The notes beneath the pieces are model-generated. The model saw nothing but the letters and a program-made list of their open reading frames with translations. It searched no databases and was not told where the DNA came from. The translations under genes and the position numbers were made by a program. A stretch of 64,000 nucleotides of DNA from Bacteroidia bacterium (lineage in GTDB: Bacteria > Bacteroidota > Bacteroidia > JABEUT01). This document shows, in pieces, positions 48,991-58,463 of this stretch. The DNA lies in the NCBI GenBank assembly GCA_035486275.1, contig DATHNG010000144.1, positions 1,617-65,616 on the forward strand, given 5' to 3'. Each line of letters starts with the position of its first letter. The stretch's first letter is position 1.

Positions 48991-49750
48991 TAAGATACTA
49001 TTAAGCTTTGATCTTGAGGAATTTGATATTCCGGAGGAATATGGCCAAAAATTGACGGAAAAGGAGAAGTTAGATGTAACTATGGAAGGCCTTATACCTT
49101 TGTTAGAACTTTTGGAGAAGCATCAAATAAAAGCAACTTTCTATACAACAGCATTTTTTGCAGAATCAAGACAAGAGATCGTTAAAAGAATTTCAGAGAA
49201 ACATGAAATTGCTTCACATGGGTTTTATCATTCATCATTTCAGCCCGATGATATCCTCAAATCTAAAATTGCTCTTCAAAACATAACAGGTACAACAGTA
49301 AATGGTTTTCGAATGGCCAGGTTAATGCCTGTAGATATGTCCTTATTAACTAAAGCTGGTTATAGGTATGACTCTTCTCTTAATCCCACTTATATTCCAG
49401 GCAGGTATAATAATTTCAATAAGGCAAGAAAACCATTTCAGAGCTCTGGGCTTATAATATTACCAACATCAGTAGCCACAATACTAAGGATACCCTTGTT
49501 CTGGATTAGCTTCAAAAATTTCCCTACTGGATTTTATACAAAGTTGGTATTAACTACACTTGAGAAAGATAATTACCTTAATCTCTATTTTCACCCTTGG
49601 GAATTTGCAGACATCTCAAAGTATAAATTGCCGTTTTATGTGAAGAGTGTTTCAGGTAATGAGTTGCTTTTTAAGTTCGAGAAACTTTTAATAGCATTAA
49701 AGAACAAGGGAAAATTTATCAGTTCGGCGGAGTTTTGTAATATTATATAA
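48983..49750 (+). CDS. Polysaccharide deacetylase (CE4) family protein
   Basis: 255 aa from ATG 48983, with an 8-nt ATGGATAA overlap with the GT2 stop. LSFDLEEFD, KATFY and ASHGFYH blocks fit the CE4 / DUF3473-like pattern. Confidence 0.65.
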   Translation: MDNKILLSFDLEEFDIPEEYGQKLTEKEKLDVTMEGLIPLLELLEKHQIKATFYTTAFFAESRQEIVKRISEKHEIASHGFYHSSFQPDDILKSKIALQNITGTTVNGFRMARLMPVDMSLLTKAGYRYDSSLNPTYIPGRYNNFNKARKPFQSSGLIILPTSVATILRIPLFWISFKNFPTGFYTKLVLTTLEKDNYLNLYFHPWEFADISKYKLPFYVKSVSGNELLFKFEKLLIALKNKGKFISSAEFCNII

Positions 49751-49753
49751 GGA

Positions 49754-50959
49754 ATGGCGCTAAATAGTATAGTACAGAAAGTAAAAAGTAAAATACCTCA
49801 GTTTTTATTCGAAGAAAAAACTTACTTCTGGATTTTTGTTGTTGTTTCAATATTGATAGGGTTTCAAAAGGTTATTCAAGGCCCCAAATTTTACAATAAT
49901 TACCTTATTTTCAAAACCGCCTTCTCACATCTTATTTGTGAGCAGAATTTGTATATATATTATTGGAACGAATATGGTGATTTGTATTTATACAGCCCGA
50001 CCTTTGCAGTATTAATGGCACCACTGACCTATTTGCCAATTGTGGCCCAAGTATTTTTATGGTGCGGTCTTAGTGCCGGGTTGTTATTCCTTGCTATCAG
50101 GTCGTTACCAATTCTTGAAGAAAAGAAAAGGGTATTTATATATGCCTTTATTTTAATTGAGTACATAACGTCATTACAAAGTATGCAGGTAACCGCTATA
50201 ATGTTAGCCTGTATGCTTTTTTCATTTACAGCTTTCGAAAAAGGGAAAATGTCTAGAGCGGCATTTTGTATAATGTTAGCCACCTTCATTAAAATATATG
50301 CAATTGTAGCTGCAATTATGTTTTTAATGTATCCCCAAAAAATAAAATTTCTGGGATATTTTGTTTTCTGGTTTATAATTTTCTTGTTTTTGCCTTTGCT
50401 CTTTATTTCACTGGATCAATTTATTTGGCAGTACCAAAATTGGTATAATGTAATGACGGGTATCCATAGATCAGAAGAAACAGGTATTCACCCCAATGTA
50501 GATATGCCCTTGTCTGTAATGGGCTGGCTGAAAGCGTGGTTTCATTATAATCCTCCTTCAATATATATTCAGTTGCTGGGAACGGCGCTGTTATGCACTC
50601 CCCTCGTTCGATTTAAATCGTTTATTAACCTGAATTTTAGGTTGTATATTCTTAGTTCGATACTTATTTGGTCCATGATATTTAACCACATTGCCGAATC
50701 GCCTTCTTATATTGTAGCTGTTCTAGGTGTTGCAATCTGGTACACAATTAAAGGAAACAATGCGGCTTCCAATTTCCTTATTATTACGGTATTCATATTA
50801 ACTATTCTTTCTCCTACTTCTTTATTTCCAAGATTTATAAGAGATTCTTATATACTACCGTATGCCCTAAAAGCAGTGCCATGTATTGCTGTTTGGGTTG
50901 TTCTTCAGTATACGTTGCTTTCAAAAAGGTTTACTACCACTTTATCGGGTAATCTATAA
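49754..50959 (+). CDS. Polytopic GT-C-type glycosyltransferase (DUF2029/GT87-like)
   Basis: 401 aa, about 10-11 TM helices. The YLYSPTFAVLMAPLTYLP loop resembles the DUF2029/GT87 signature. Starts 3 nt after the deacetylase stop. Confidence 0.5.
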   Translation: MALNSIVQKVKSKIPQFLFEEKTYFWIFVVVSILIGFQKVIQGPKFYNNYLIFKTAFSHLICEQNLYIYYWNEYGDLYLYSPTFAVLMAPLTYLPIVAQVFLWCGLSAGLLFLAIRSLPILEEKKRVFIYAFILIEYITSLQSMQVTAIMLACMLFSFTAFEKGKMSRAAFCIMLATFIKIYAIVAAIMFLMYPQKIKFLGYFVFWFIIFLFLPLLFISLDQFIWQYQNWYNVMTGIHRSEETGIHPNVDMPLSVMGWLKAWFHYNPPSIYIQLLGTALLCTPLVRFKSFINLNFRLYILSSILIWSMIFNHIAESPSYIVAVLGVAIWYTIKGNNAASNFLIITVFILTILSPTSLFPRFIRDSYILPYALKAVPCIAVWVVLQYTLLSKRFTTTLSGNL

Positions 50960-51024
50960 GCCGGTATTGTTCGTATATAACCCAACGGTTATGAAAAGTG
51001 TGAGAAAAAAGTCTGTTTAATTTT

Positions 51025-51032
51025 TAACTTTG
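51025..51032 (+). promoter_or_regulatory. Candidate internal -7 promoter box (TAACTTTG)
   Basis: TAnnTTTG match ending 14 nt before GTG 51047. Same 8-mer as at 37922. Confidence 0.25.
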
Positions 51033-51046
51033 CTGAAATTGAATTT

Positions 51047-52057
51047 GTGAAAAAGAAAGTAGCATTAATATTTGGCGTATTAGGTATGATTGCCCTCATA
51101 ATGGCTTCATTCCTTATATACCGGAATGAGCTTTTTCCTGCTTATGCATTTTGCACAATTGCTGTGTTTACTTCTTATATATTTCTTGTCTACACTCAAT
51201 CCAAAACAGCGGTAATTAGTATTTTAGTTTGTCATATTGAGGCCATAGTTGCGTTGTACTATTCAGGTAGTATAATTCAACTATCAATTCCATATATTCT
51301 ATTGCCATTCATTGCACTTATGATACGAAATATATGGATGGAAAACCTTGGGCATACATTGAAATTGTGGATAGAACCGTTTTTTCTTTTAGTCGCAATC
51401 GCTTTGTATGTAATTGAAATAAAGGTAAACCGAAACCTGGTAAGCTCTGATGCAAGATTATTTCCATTAGCATATTTTATCGCTAATGGGTTTTTGATTG
51501 CCGATGTTTTTTACGATGGCTTAAAGATCAAGCTCAGGATTAAGAAAGGTAACGGCTTGGCTGCCGGAGAGCCAGCACCGATATTTTGCCTTCAGAACGA
51601 GAATGATGAACAGGTTTGTTTGACAGATTTTAAGGAAAAAAACAATGTCCTGCTCATATTTGTTAGGGGAGAATGGTGCCCAATGTGCCATATAATGCTA
51701 CGTACATATGCGAGGGAAAGTGCCCAATTCAGGGAAAACAATGTATTTTTATTAGTCATTGGCCCTGATCCAACGGGGGTAAACCGTAAAATGGCGGAGG
51801 AACTTAAGCTTGATTTTCATATTCTTGCTGATACAGGCCTGAATGTGACACATTTATACAGGCTTAAAATTAAGGCAGAACATTTATTACATGCTAATAA
51901 CTACAATGATGATAAGGAGGTACCATTACCTGCCTCTTTTTTAATAGATAAGAAGGGAATAATAAGATACAGTTCAAACCCTGAAAAAATAGGTGAGGTT
52001 GTAAAACTAGCCGACATATTTCCTATTTTGCAATCAATTGATGGTATAAAAGCCTAA
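51047..52057 (+). CDS. Membrane-anchored redoxin: about 5 TM helices fused to an AhpC/TSA-thioredoxin-fold domain
   Basis: 336 aa. The C-terminal domain has ...NVLLIFVRGEWCPMCHIML... (CxxC) and ...PASFLIDKKGIIRY, which are AhpC/TSA-like. Confidence 0.7.
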   Translation: MKKKVALIFGVLGMIALIMASFLIYRNELFPAYAFCTIAVFTSYIFLVYTQSKTAVISILVCHIEAIVALYYSGSIIQLSIPYILLPFIALMIRNIWMENLGHTLKLWIEPFFLLVAIALYVIEIKVNRNLVSSDARLFPLAYFIANGFLIADVFYDGLKIKLRIKKGNGLAAGEPAPIFCLQNENDEQVCLTDFKEKNNVLLIFVRGEWCPMCHIMLRTYARESAQFRENNVFLLVIGPDPTGVNRKMAEELKLDFHILADTGLNVTHLYRLKIKAEHLLHANNYNDDKEVPLPASFLIDKKGIIRYSSNPEKIGEVVKLADIFPILQSIDGIKA

Positions 52058-53346
52058 TGAATAATATAGGTAATATAGTTTTTATTATTTCGGGCGCATT
52101 TGCAGCATTTGCAATATTCCAGCTTGCTCGTAGCTTAAAGTTAAAAAAAGAAAATAGAAGCTATGAACAGCTCTTTCAACATATTAATGATACCTTGTTA
52201 CTGATAGATATTATTGATGGCAAAATAATGTATGCCAATGAAGCTGCGCAGAAAATGCTTGGTTATCCATTAGCAGAATTAACAAACAAAACAATTTTTA
52301 ATATTCATTCAAAGGATCAACTGGCAAGAAGCTCGGAGGTTATCGCTACGGTATATGAAAAGAAGGGATTGATATATTCTGATCTTCCTTTTATAAGTGC
52401 AACAGGTGAAAGAATAGATGTGGAGTGTAGTGCCAAAGTTGAAGATTTTGCCGGTAAAGTTGTAATATTTATATCAGCCCGTGATATACGTGAACGCTTA
52501 CGCCTGCAGGCACAAATAAAGCAGCAAAGCAATATTATTGAACAAAAAAATAAAGATCTGATCGATAGTATTACCTACGCAAAAAATATTCAACATGCCA
52601 TATTGCCGTCCCTATCTTTAATGCAGCAGTCATTCCCCGAAATGTTTGTTCTGTATAAGCCGAAGGATATAGTAAGTGGTGATTTTTATTGGCATACTTC
52701 CGTAAGGTCATCGGTAAATAATGATTTGGCATCAACCGGTGCAAGGCTTGATGTAATTTCAGTGGTTGATTGTACAGGACATGGTGTGCCCGGAGCTTTT
52801 ATGAGCCTGGTAGGGTATACAATACTTAATCAAACTGTTAATTCACCGGAAGTAAATACGCCCGGTGCTGTACTTGATTATATGAACAGGGAAGTAGTCC
52901 AGACACTTAATAAAAAAATGGATGAGATTGTTATAAATGATGGAATGGATATGTCGGTTTGTGCATTCAACCCGCAGACTATGAAACTTAACTATGCCGG
53001 AGCAAATCATCTAATGTATCACATACGTGGAAACATTGTTACAAGCTATGATGGCGATAAGCAGGCAATTGGTCTTCAAAGCCAGGAGCAACTAAAAGCA
53101 TTTACAAATCATGAATTGACAATTGAGAAAGGAGACGTGATTTATATGTTTACGGACGGATTTGAGGACCAGTTTGGTGGAGATAAAAACAAGAAATACA
53201 TGAGCTCTCGGTTTAAAGAATATCTGCTTAGTATACATTCACATGAAATGCCTGAACAACAAAAAATGCTTGAGAAAGAGTTTCTTGGATGGAAACGCAA
53301 TAATGAGCAGTTGGATGATGTACTGGTAATTGGTATCAGGTTCTAA
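52057..53346 (+). CDS. TM-PAS-SpoIIE (PP2C-type) serine phosphatase
   Basis: 429 aa. One TM helix, a PAS block (LLLIDIIDGKIMYANEAAQKMLGY), a coiled coil, then PP2C/SpoIIE motifs (SGDFYW, DCTGHGVPGAFMS, FTDGFEDQ, DDVLVIGIRF). The start overlaps the upstream stop by 1 nt. Confidence 0.8.
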   Translation: MNNIGNIVFIISGAFAAFAIFQLARSLKLKKENRSYEQLFQHINDTLLLIDIIDGKIMYANEAAQKMLGYPLAELTNKTIFNIHSKDQLARSSEVIATVYEKKGLIYSDLPFISATGERIDVECSAKVEDFAGKVVIFISARDIRERLRLQAQIKQQSNIIEQKNKDLIDSITYAKNIQHAILPSLSLMQQSFPEMFVLYKPKDIVSGDFYWHTSVRSSVNNDLASTGARLDVISVVDCTGHGVPGAFMSLVGYTILNQTVNSPEVNTPGAVLDYMNREVVQTLNKKMDEIVINDGMDMSVCAFNPQTMKLNYAGANHLMYHIRGNIVTSYDGDKQAIGLQSQEQLKAFTNHELTIEKGDVIYMFTDGFEDQFGGDKNKKYMSSRFKEYLLSIHSHEMPEQQKMLEKEFLGWKRNNEQLDDVLVIGIRF

Positions 53347-54086
53347 GCCTTCTTTTGTTCTGAATTTCTCAATAATATGTTCCGGACTTTTTCCTTCAAC
53401 ATTGGAATATCTTCCATTGTTAGCCCCTTAGTTTCAATAGGGTTGTCCCAAACTGCACGGACTATGCCTGGTTTCATTTCAAATGCGTCAGCCGGAAGAA
53501 ACTCCGCAGTGTTAAAAATAGTAAGTACTGCAATGGGTAACTGAGTCTCTATAGCTAATCTAAATGCCCCATCTTTAAAATTCAGCAAAGGTTCTTGCGA
53601 GCGATTCCTGGTTCCTTCCGGAAAAAGAATAACGGATATCTTTTCCTTTAATAGTGAGTGCTTCATTTTATCAAAGCTTATTGCCCTGTCATTTCTTTTC
53701 TTTCTGTCCACCGTTATATATAATTTCTTAACCACGTAACCGAATACAGGTATCCTGGTAACCTCAATTTTAGAAAGAAACCTGAACGTATTTGTACATG
53801 CGCGTGCAAATAATGGAATATCAAGCTGCGACCTGTGGTTACAAACAAATATATATGCCTGTTCAGGTTTAATTTTTTCTTTACCTTTTACATCAACTCG
53901 AATGAAAAAGAAAGTGAATAGAAATTTTGCCCAGAACCTGGACAATTTATGAGCCGTATATGGAGCGCGGGTTTTAGGAAAGAAATTGAAGATTATTAAA
54001 TATGCAGGTATTACAATTATGCAAGAAATTATTGCTACCAGAACGGCATACGTTGCGAATAAAGCTTTAAAAATTCGGGTCATCAA
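53343..54086 (-). CDS. 1-acyl-sn-glycerol-3-phosphate acyltransferase (PlsC family)
   Basis: 247 aa. NHRSQLD (HX4D) and FPEGTR motifs. Confidence 0.8.
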   Translation of the reverse strand: MMTRIFKALFATYAVLVAIISCIIVIPAYLIIFNFFPKTRAPYTAHKLSRFWAKFLFTFFFIRVDVKGKEKIKPEQAYIFVCNHRSQLDIPLFARACTNTFRFLSKIEVTRIPVFGYVVKKLYITVDRKKRNDRAISFDKMKHSLLKEKISVILFPEGTRNRSQEPLLNFKDGAFRLAIETQLPIAVLTIFNTAEFLPADAFEMKPGIVRAVWDNPIETKGLTMEDIPMLKEKVRNILLRNSEQKKA

Positions 54087-54143
54087 TTTCTATTCTACCT
54101 ATGTTATTTGGCAAGGTTAAAAATAACAAACTTACGGTTGTGA

Positions 54144-56648
54144 CTATAAAGCAATATACGCAGTGAATTTGTAGGCAAAGTTGTTGCCAATAGTACTGAA
54201 AGAATAAGGCCCGTAACGATAATATGTGCCTACACCAAGTTCAAGAAAATTCATTTTCAATATATTATTTAGTTCAATTCCTGATTCGTAAAACCCTTTG
54301 TTCATTGTTTCAATAGGGGTAGGAAAATTGTAATGATTACCTGCATTGTCAAGCATTCCCCACCCTAAGTGAGTTACAAGTTTTAAATGCGGATTGAAGT
54401 TCTTCGACCGAAACAAGAAGGATTCAAAATCGTGTGAAAGGAATACATCTGCATATTTGTTTGAAAGAAATTCATTGAGTCGCATAGTTTCAAACGAATT
54501 ATCTACTGCCAATGTAAATTGCTCATAACAGGCACTCGCATTGTAAAGCATTGTATACGGTACATTACCATTTACATAACCTGCCAGAACTGATATGGCT
54601 GAGCTGCCAATTTGAGGAATGTGAAACACTTTCGATATTTTAAGATCATATTTCATATAATCAAACTGTCCATTCAGTAATCCATTAAAGCCATGTGTAA
54701 TATTGGCCCATATTATCGGGTACTTTGTTCCCAGAGAGATCATTCCCATTGGAGTTTTCATGAAATTTTCCTGGTACGCAAAACGTATATTAATTCCTAG
54801 TTCGGTGAAACTAAATTGATTAAAAAGTACAGTCGAGTTATCATTACTTATGCCAAATTCGTATGAATTAGTAACGGTTCTTATTTGCTCATTGCCAAAC
54901 ATATTGAATTGGAAATAACGTAAGGCATCAAAAGATAGAGAAATTTCCTCCTTTTGTATCTTATCCATATTATTTATAAAATAATCATGATACGATTCGG
55001 TAGAGAGAAGATGATCGTCATTATAAAAAGATACACCACCTGCTTCTATCACATCATTCTGATAAGCGAAATCGAGTTTAAGATGTGAGTATGGATCAAA
55101 CAATAATCCTAAATCGCCACCATATTTAAGAGCTTTATCTCCAAACCCATAAGCTCCATAGCCACCTATAGAAATAAAGCTTGATATTTCATTGTTAGTA
55201 TGCAATCCTGCCCCAAGTCTGATGTTCTCATACCCGTTATACGTTAATATTCTGCCAAGATCGAGGTCAGCCCATCCCATTCTTAATTTACCTGTACTTA
55301 GCGCTTCAAACCATTGCAATTTACGGTCAAGGTGGTCTGCCTTGCCAACACTATCAATAACTTTATAGGTATGTTTTTCTTTGAGGGTTAGTGAATCATT
55401 ACGGTACTTGTTCCAGATAGAATCAGGCTGTTTCGCTGCATTGTCTTTTATCTCAACCTCAACCCTGCCAAAATCTCTTTTTCTCAAAACCGTATCAAGC
55501 ACAATATCTTTAATATAACTGCGCGTTACTACCTTAAGCTTATTATGCTCGTCATCTGGATTGACAACAGTGTTTCCGCTTGAAAGAGTGCTATCACTCA
55601 GTGTTATATTATTATAAACCCAATCGGTATTCAATTGAATAGGGAACCATTGTTTGTGGTTAACATAGTCGTACTTCTGTTGTATATGTATACTAATTGT
55701 TTTGTCTTCAGTTATAGGCTGCGCAAGCACGTTTTGTAATGCGTAGCCATTCGTATTAATATATACAACTCCCTTCATTCCATCAAAATTCTTTCCTTTC
55801 TTTGGGTGATAGGAAATTACAAAAACGGTATCGGTGCCATTATAAGTAGTGTCTTCAATTATATAATTATATCGTTTTATACCGGCATCTGAAATAGGGT
55901 TAAGGTAGCTTCCATTCAAAATGGTTATGGTTTCTTTATAAAAAGAGAACGATTGTAATTGAGTTGCTAATAAAGCAAAAGGCGAATTTTTTAAACCTGA
56001 GGTTCGGGTGGCAATTATGTCTTCATGGTTATGTTCCGGGTACAAGAATTTGCGCTTGCCTATTGACTCAGAAAGAAAGAGGTATTGCTTCCTCAATAAT
56101 TTTGATAAGCCACCTTTCTGTTTCTTTGCCGTATCCGTGGGTGTATTATTTTTAAGCGAATCAAGTGAGTTGAGAGTATCGGCAGATGCTTTCAGATCAG
56201 ATGTAGCATACATTTTATTATATGACGTATAAGTAAACGAATGTACTTTCTCCGGGTTGTTCTTATCACTGTTATCTATAGCCTTTTGAATAATCCGCAG
56301 TGCCGGATTTAAGCCAGGCAAAATAGTTACTTCTTTCAGGTTATAGCTGTTTTCCTCTAGCTTTATAACAAGGTGTTGTTTATCGGTATTATCTGTAATA
56401 GGCACTATCAGATCTTTATAGCCGACATAAGAGAAGGTGATAGATGTGATTGGAAACGATGCAGATAGTTTAAAGTTACCATCAATGTCTGCTGTTGAAC
56501 CAATTTGCGGATGTCCGGTTACAATCATGTTAACAAATGCAAGAGAGGCTCCTGTTTGTTTGTCAACGATACGGCCTTGTACACTATATTGTTGTGCAAG
56601 AACAGTATAAGAAACGCAGATAAATAAAAATACAAGTAGTTTTTTCAT
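54144..56648 (-). CDS. CarboxypepD_reg-like domain plus DUF5686-like outer-membrane protein
   Basis: 834 aa with a signal peptide. The N-terminal YSVQGRIVDKQTGASLAFVNM is a carboxypeptidase-regulatory-like fold. The large beta-rich remainder ends in an aromatic-rich C-terminus. Confidence 0.5.
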   Translation of the reverse strand: MKKLLVFLFICVSYTVLAQQYSVQGRIVDKQTGASLAFVNMIVTGHPQIGSTADIDGNFKLSASFPITSITFSYVGYKDLIVPITDNTDKQHLVIKLEENSYNLKEVTILPGLNPALRIIQKAIDNSDKNNPEKVHSFTYTSYNKMYATSDLKASADTLNSLDSLKNNTPTDTAKKQKGGLSKLLRKQYLFLSESIGKRKFLYPEHNHEDIIATRTSGLKNSPFALLATQLQSFSFYKETITILNGSYLNPISDAGIKRYNYIIEDTTYNGTDTVFVISYHPKKGKNFDGMKGVVYINTNGYALQNVLAQPITEDKTISIHIQQKYDYVNHKQWFPIQLNTDWVYNNITLSDSTLSSGNTVVNPDDEHNKLKVVTRSYIKDIVLDTVLRKRDFGRVEVEIKDNAAKQPDSIWNKYRNDSLTLKEKHTYKVIDSVGKADHLDRKLQWFEALSTGKLRMGWADLDLGRILTYNGYENIRLGAGLHTNNEISSFISIGGYGAYGFGDKALKYGGDLGLLFDPYSHLKLDFAYQNDVIEAGGVSFYNDDHLLSTESYHDYFINNMDKIQKEEISLSFDALRYFQFNMFGNEQIRTVTNSYEFGISNDNSTVLFNQFSFTELGINIRFAYQENFMKTPMGMISLGTKYPIIWANITHGFNGLLNGQFDYMKYDLKISKVFHIPQIGSSAISVLAGYVNGNVPYTMLYNASACYEQFTLAVDNSFETMRLNEFLSNKYADVFLSHDFESFLFRSKNFNPHLKLVTHLGWGMLDNAGNHYNFPTPIETMNKGFYESGIELNNILKMNFLELGVGTYYRYGPYSFSTIGNNFAYKFTAYIAL

Positions 56649-56720
56649 TCAATAGGCTTGAAACAAAAGTATATAATAGGCCTAAAGAATTACGGGTATT
56701 TTAATAAAAAAAGTTAAACA

Positions 56721-56747
56721 AAAGCCCTCGAATACTCGAAGGGCTTT
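56721..56747 (-). terminator. Rho-independent terminator of the 56752-57114 gene
   Basis: aaagccctcga-atac-tcgaagggcttt hairpin 5 nt past the stop. T-rich on the minus strand afterwards. Confidence 0.6.
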
Positions 56748-56751
56748 CCAA

Positions 56752-57114
56752 TTACTCCTGGTTATTTGAACCCCTTTTTTCCTCTCTCTTCTGTTTATTA
56801 TATTCCTCAATTTTGTTGATCTGGTCTTCTGACAGAACAGTTTTCAATTGTGCTTTAAAATTCTCTTTATTCTCTTTGTTGGCTGTTCTTAGTCCTACAG
56901 CATCGTTCGCATACTTTTCCTTATTTGCTTTTCTGGTTGCTATAAACGACTCGATCATTGGCTTTATTTTAGCCGACTGATCTGGAGTTATTTGCGCTAC
57001 ACTTGTATATTCAGCAAGTACCTTATCAGCTTGTTTGTCTCCTCTTGCTTCCTGAGCAGTAGCTGTAAATATAGTTGCAATAACTATTCCTAACGTTAAA
57101 ATCAGTTTTTTCAT
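56752..57114 (-). CDS. Small periplasmic helical protein (Spy/CpxP-like composition)
   Basis: 120 aa with a signal peptide and a K/E-rich helical mature part. No firm family call. Confidence 0.4.
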   Translation of the reverse strand: MKKLILTLGIVIATIFTATAQEARGDKQADKVLAEYTSVAQITPDQSAKIKPMIESFIATRKANKEKYANDAVGLRTANKENKENFKAQLKTVLSEDQINKIEEYNKQKREEKRGSNNQE

Positions 57115-57166
57115 ATTGTTGTTTTTAGTTTGATGTAAATAAGAGTAAATAGTTTAATCGGTTAGG

Positions 57167-58444
57167 TTAAATAGTTTGCATTCCCAATAATAATACCGGG
57201 TTCTCCATTAAATATTTAAATGTTTGGAGGAAGGCAGAACCTGTAGCGCCATCAACAACTCTGTGGTCGCACGACAGGGTAACCTTCATGGTATGACCTG
57301 CAATTAATTGACCGTCTTTTACAATAGGAGTTTCTTTTATACCACCTACTGCAAGAATGCAGGCATCAGGTGGGTTTATTATAGCAGTAAACTCTTCAAT
57401 ACCAAACATGCCGAGGTTAGAAATGGTAAATGTATTCCCTTCCCAATCTGTTGGTTGAAGCTTTTTCTCTTTTGCTTTTTGTGAATATGCTTTTGTTTCG
57501 GTTGAGATTTGTGAAAGTGTTTTACCGTCAGCAAAACGAACTACTGGTACTAACAAACCTTCTTCCACAGCCACAGCAATACCAATATGAATATGTTGGT
57601 TAAATCTTATAACATCACCCCTCCATGAAGAGTTCACTTTCGGATGACTTCTCAATGCGGTTGCAACTGCCTTCACCACCAGGTCATTAAACGATATTTT
57701 AACCGGTGCAACGCTATTAATTGATTCACGGGCCTTCATCATTTCATCCATTAGCAACTCAATGGTAAGGTAAAAATGGGGAGCAGTAAATTTACTTTCT
57801 GCCAAACGTTTCGCAATGGTTTTACGCATTTGCGAAACTGGTACTTCGGTATAACTTTCTACACCGGTAAATTGAGATGCACCACCCGCATAGTTTTCAA
57901 TATCTCTTTTAATTACTCGTCCGCCATCGCCACTACCTTTAATAAATGAGGTATTAATATGACGGTCGCTCGCCAGTTTTTTAGCTAAAGGAGACACTTT
58001 ACTGCGGCCATTTTCACTAGCCGAAGGTTTAGTGGTGTATGTTGTTTGCGTTTGTTGAACAGGCTGTTGTGCAGGAACAGAAGTACTTGCTGCTACTTTT
58101 GGTTGTTCTGCCTGCTTAGTTTCAGGTTTTGGTTCCTCTTTCTTTGTTTCCGATGCAGCCGGTGCTTTTTTAGCATCGCTTGCAATCAATTCTTTCACAT
58201 CTTCATTCGGCTTACCAACAATAGCAAGTATTGAATCTACAGGGGCAGCCTTACCCTTTTCTACTCCTATATAAAGTATGGTGCCCTCCTGAAATGACTC
58301 AAACTCCATGGTAGCCTTATCAGTTTCTATATCAGCTAATAATTCACCACTCTTTACTGAATCGCCAATTTTTTTGTGCCATTGTGCTACTACGCCCTCG
58401 GTCATAGTGTCGCTAAGCTTGGGCATTCGTATAATTTCCGCCAT
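57167..58444 (-). CDS. pdhC: Pyruvate dehydrogenase complex E2, dihydrolipoyllysine-residue acetyltransferase
   Basis: 425 aa. Lipoyl domain (IETDKATMEFES), an A/P/Q-rich linker, an E3-binding segment, catalytic DHRVVDGA. Confidence 0.9.
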   Translation of the reverse strand: MAEIIRMPKLSDTMTEGVVAQWHKKIGDSVKSGELLADIETDKATMEFESFQEGTILYIGVEKGKAAPVDSILAIVGKPNEDVKELIASDAKKAPAASETKKEEPKPETKQAEQPKVAASTSVPAQQPVQQTQTTYTTKPSASENGRSKVSPLAKKLASDRHINTSFIKGSGDGGRVIKRDIENYAGGASQFTGVESYTEVPVSQMRKTIAKRLAESKFTAPHFYLTIELLMDEMMKARESINSVAPVKISFNDLVVKAVATALRSHPKVNSSWRGDVIRFNQHIHIGIAVAVEEGLLVPVVRFADGKTLSQISTETKAYSQKAKEKKLQPTDWEGNTFTISNLGMFGIEEFTAIINPPDACILAVGGIKETPIVKDGQLIAGHTMKVTLSCDHRVVDGATGSAFLQTFKYLMENPVLLLGMQTI

Positions 58445-58463
58445 AATTAAATGTGTTTTAACA

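Noticed and set aside
53343-53346. Convergent genes with overlapping stop codons (CTAA shared by the PP2C gene and plsC)
   Set aside because: This is a common consequence of tight packing, with no evidence of regulatory significance.
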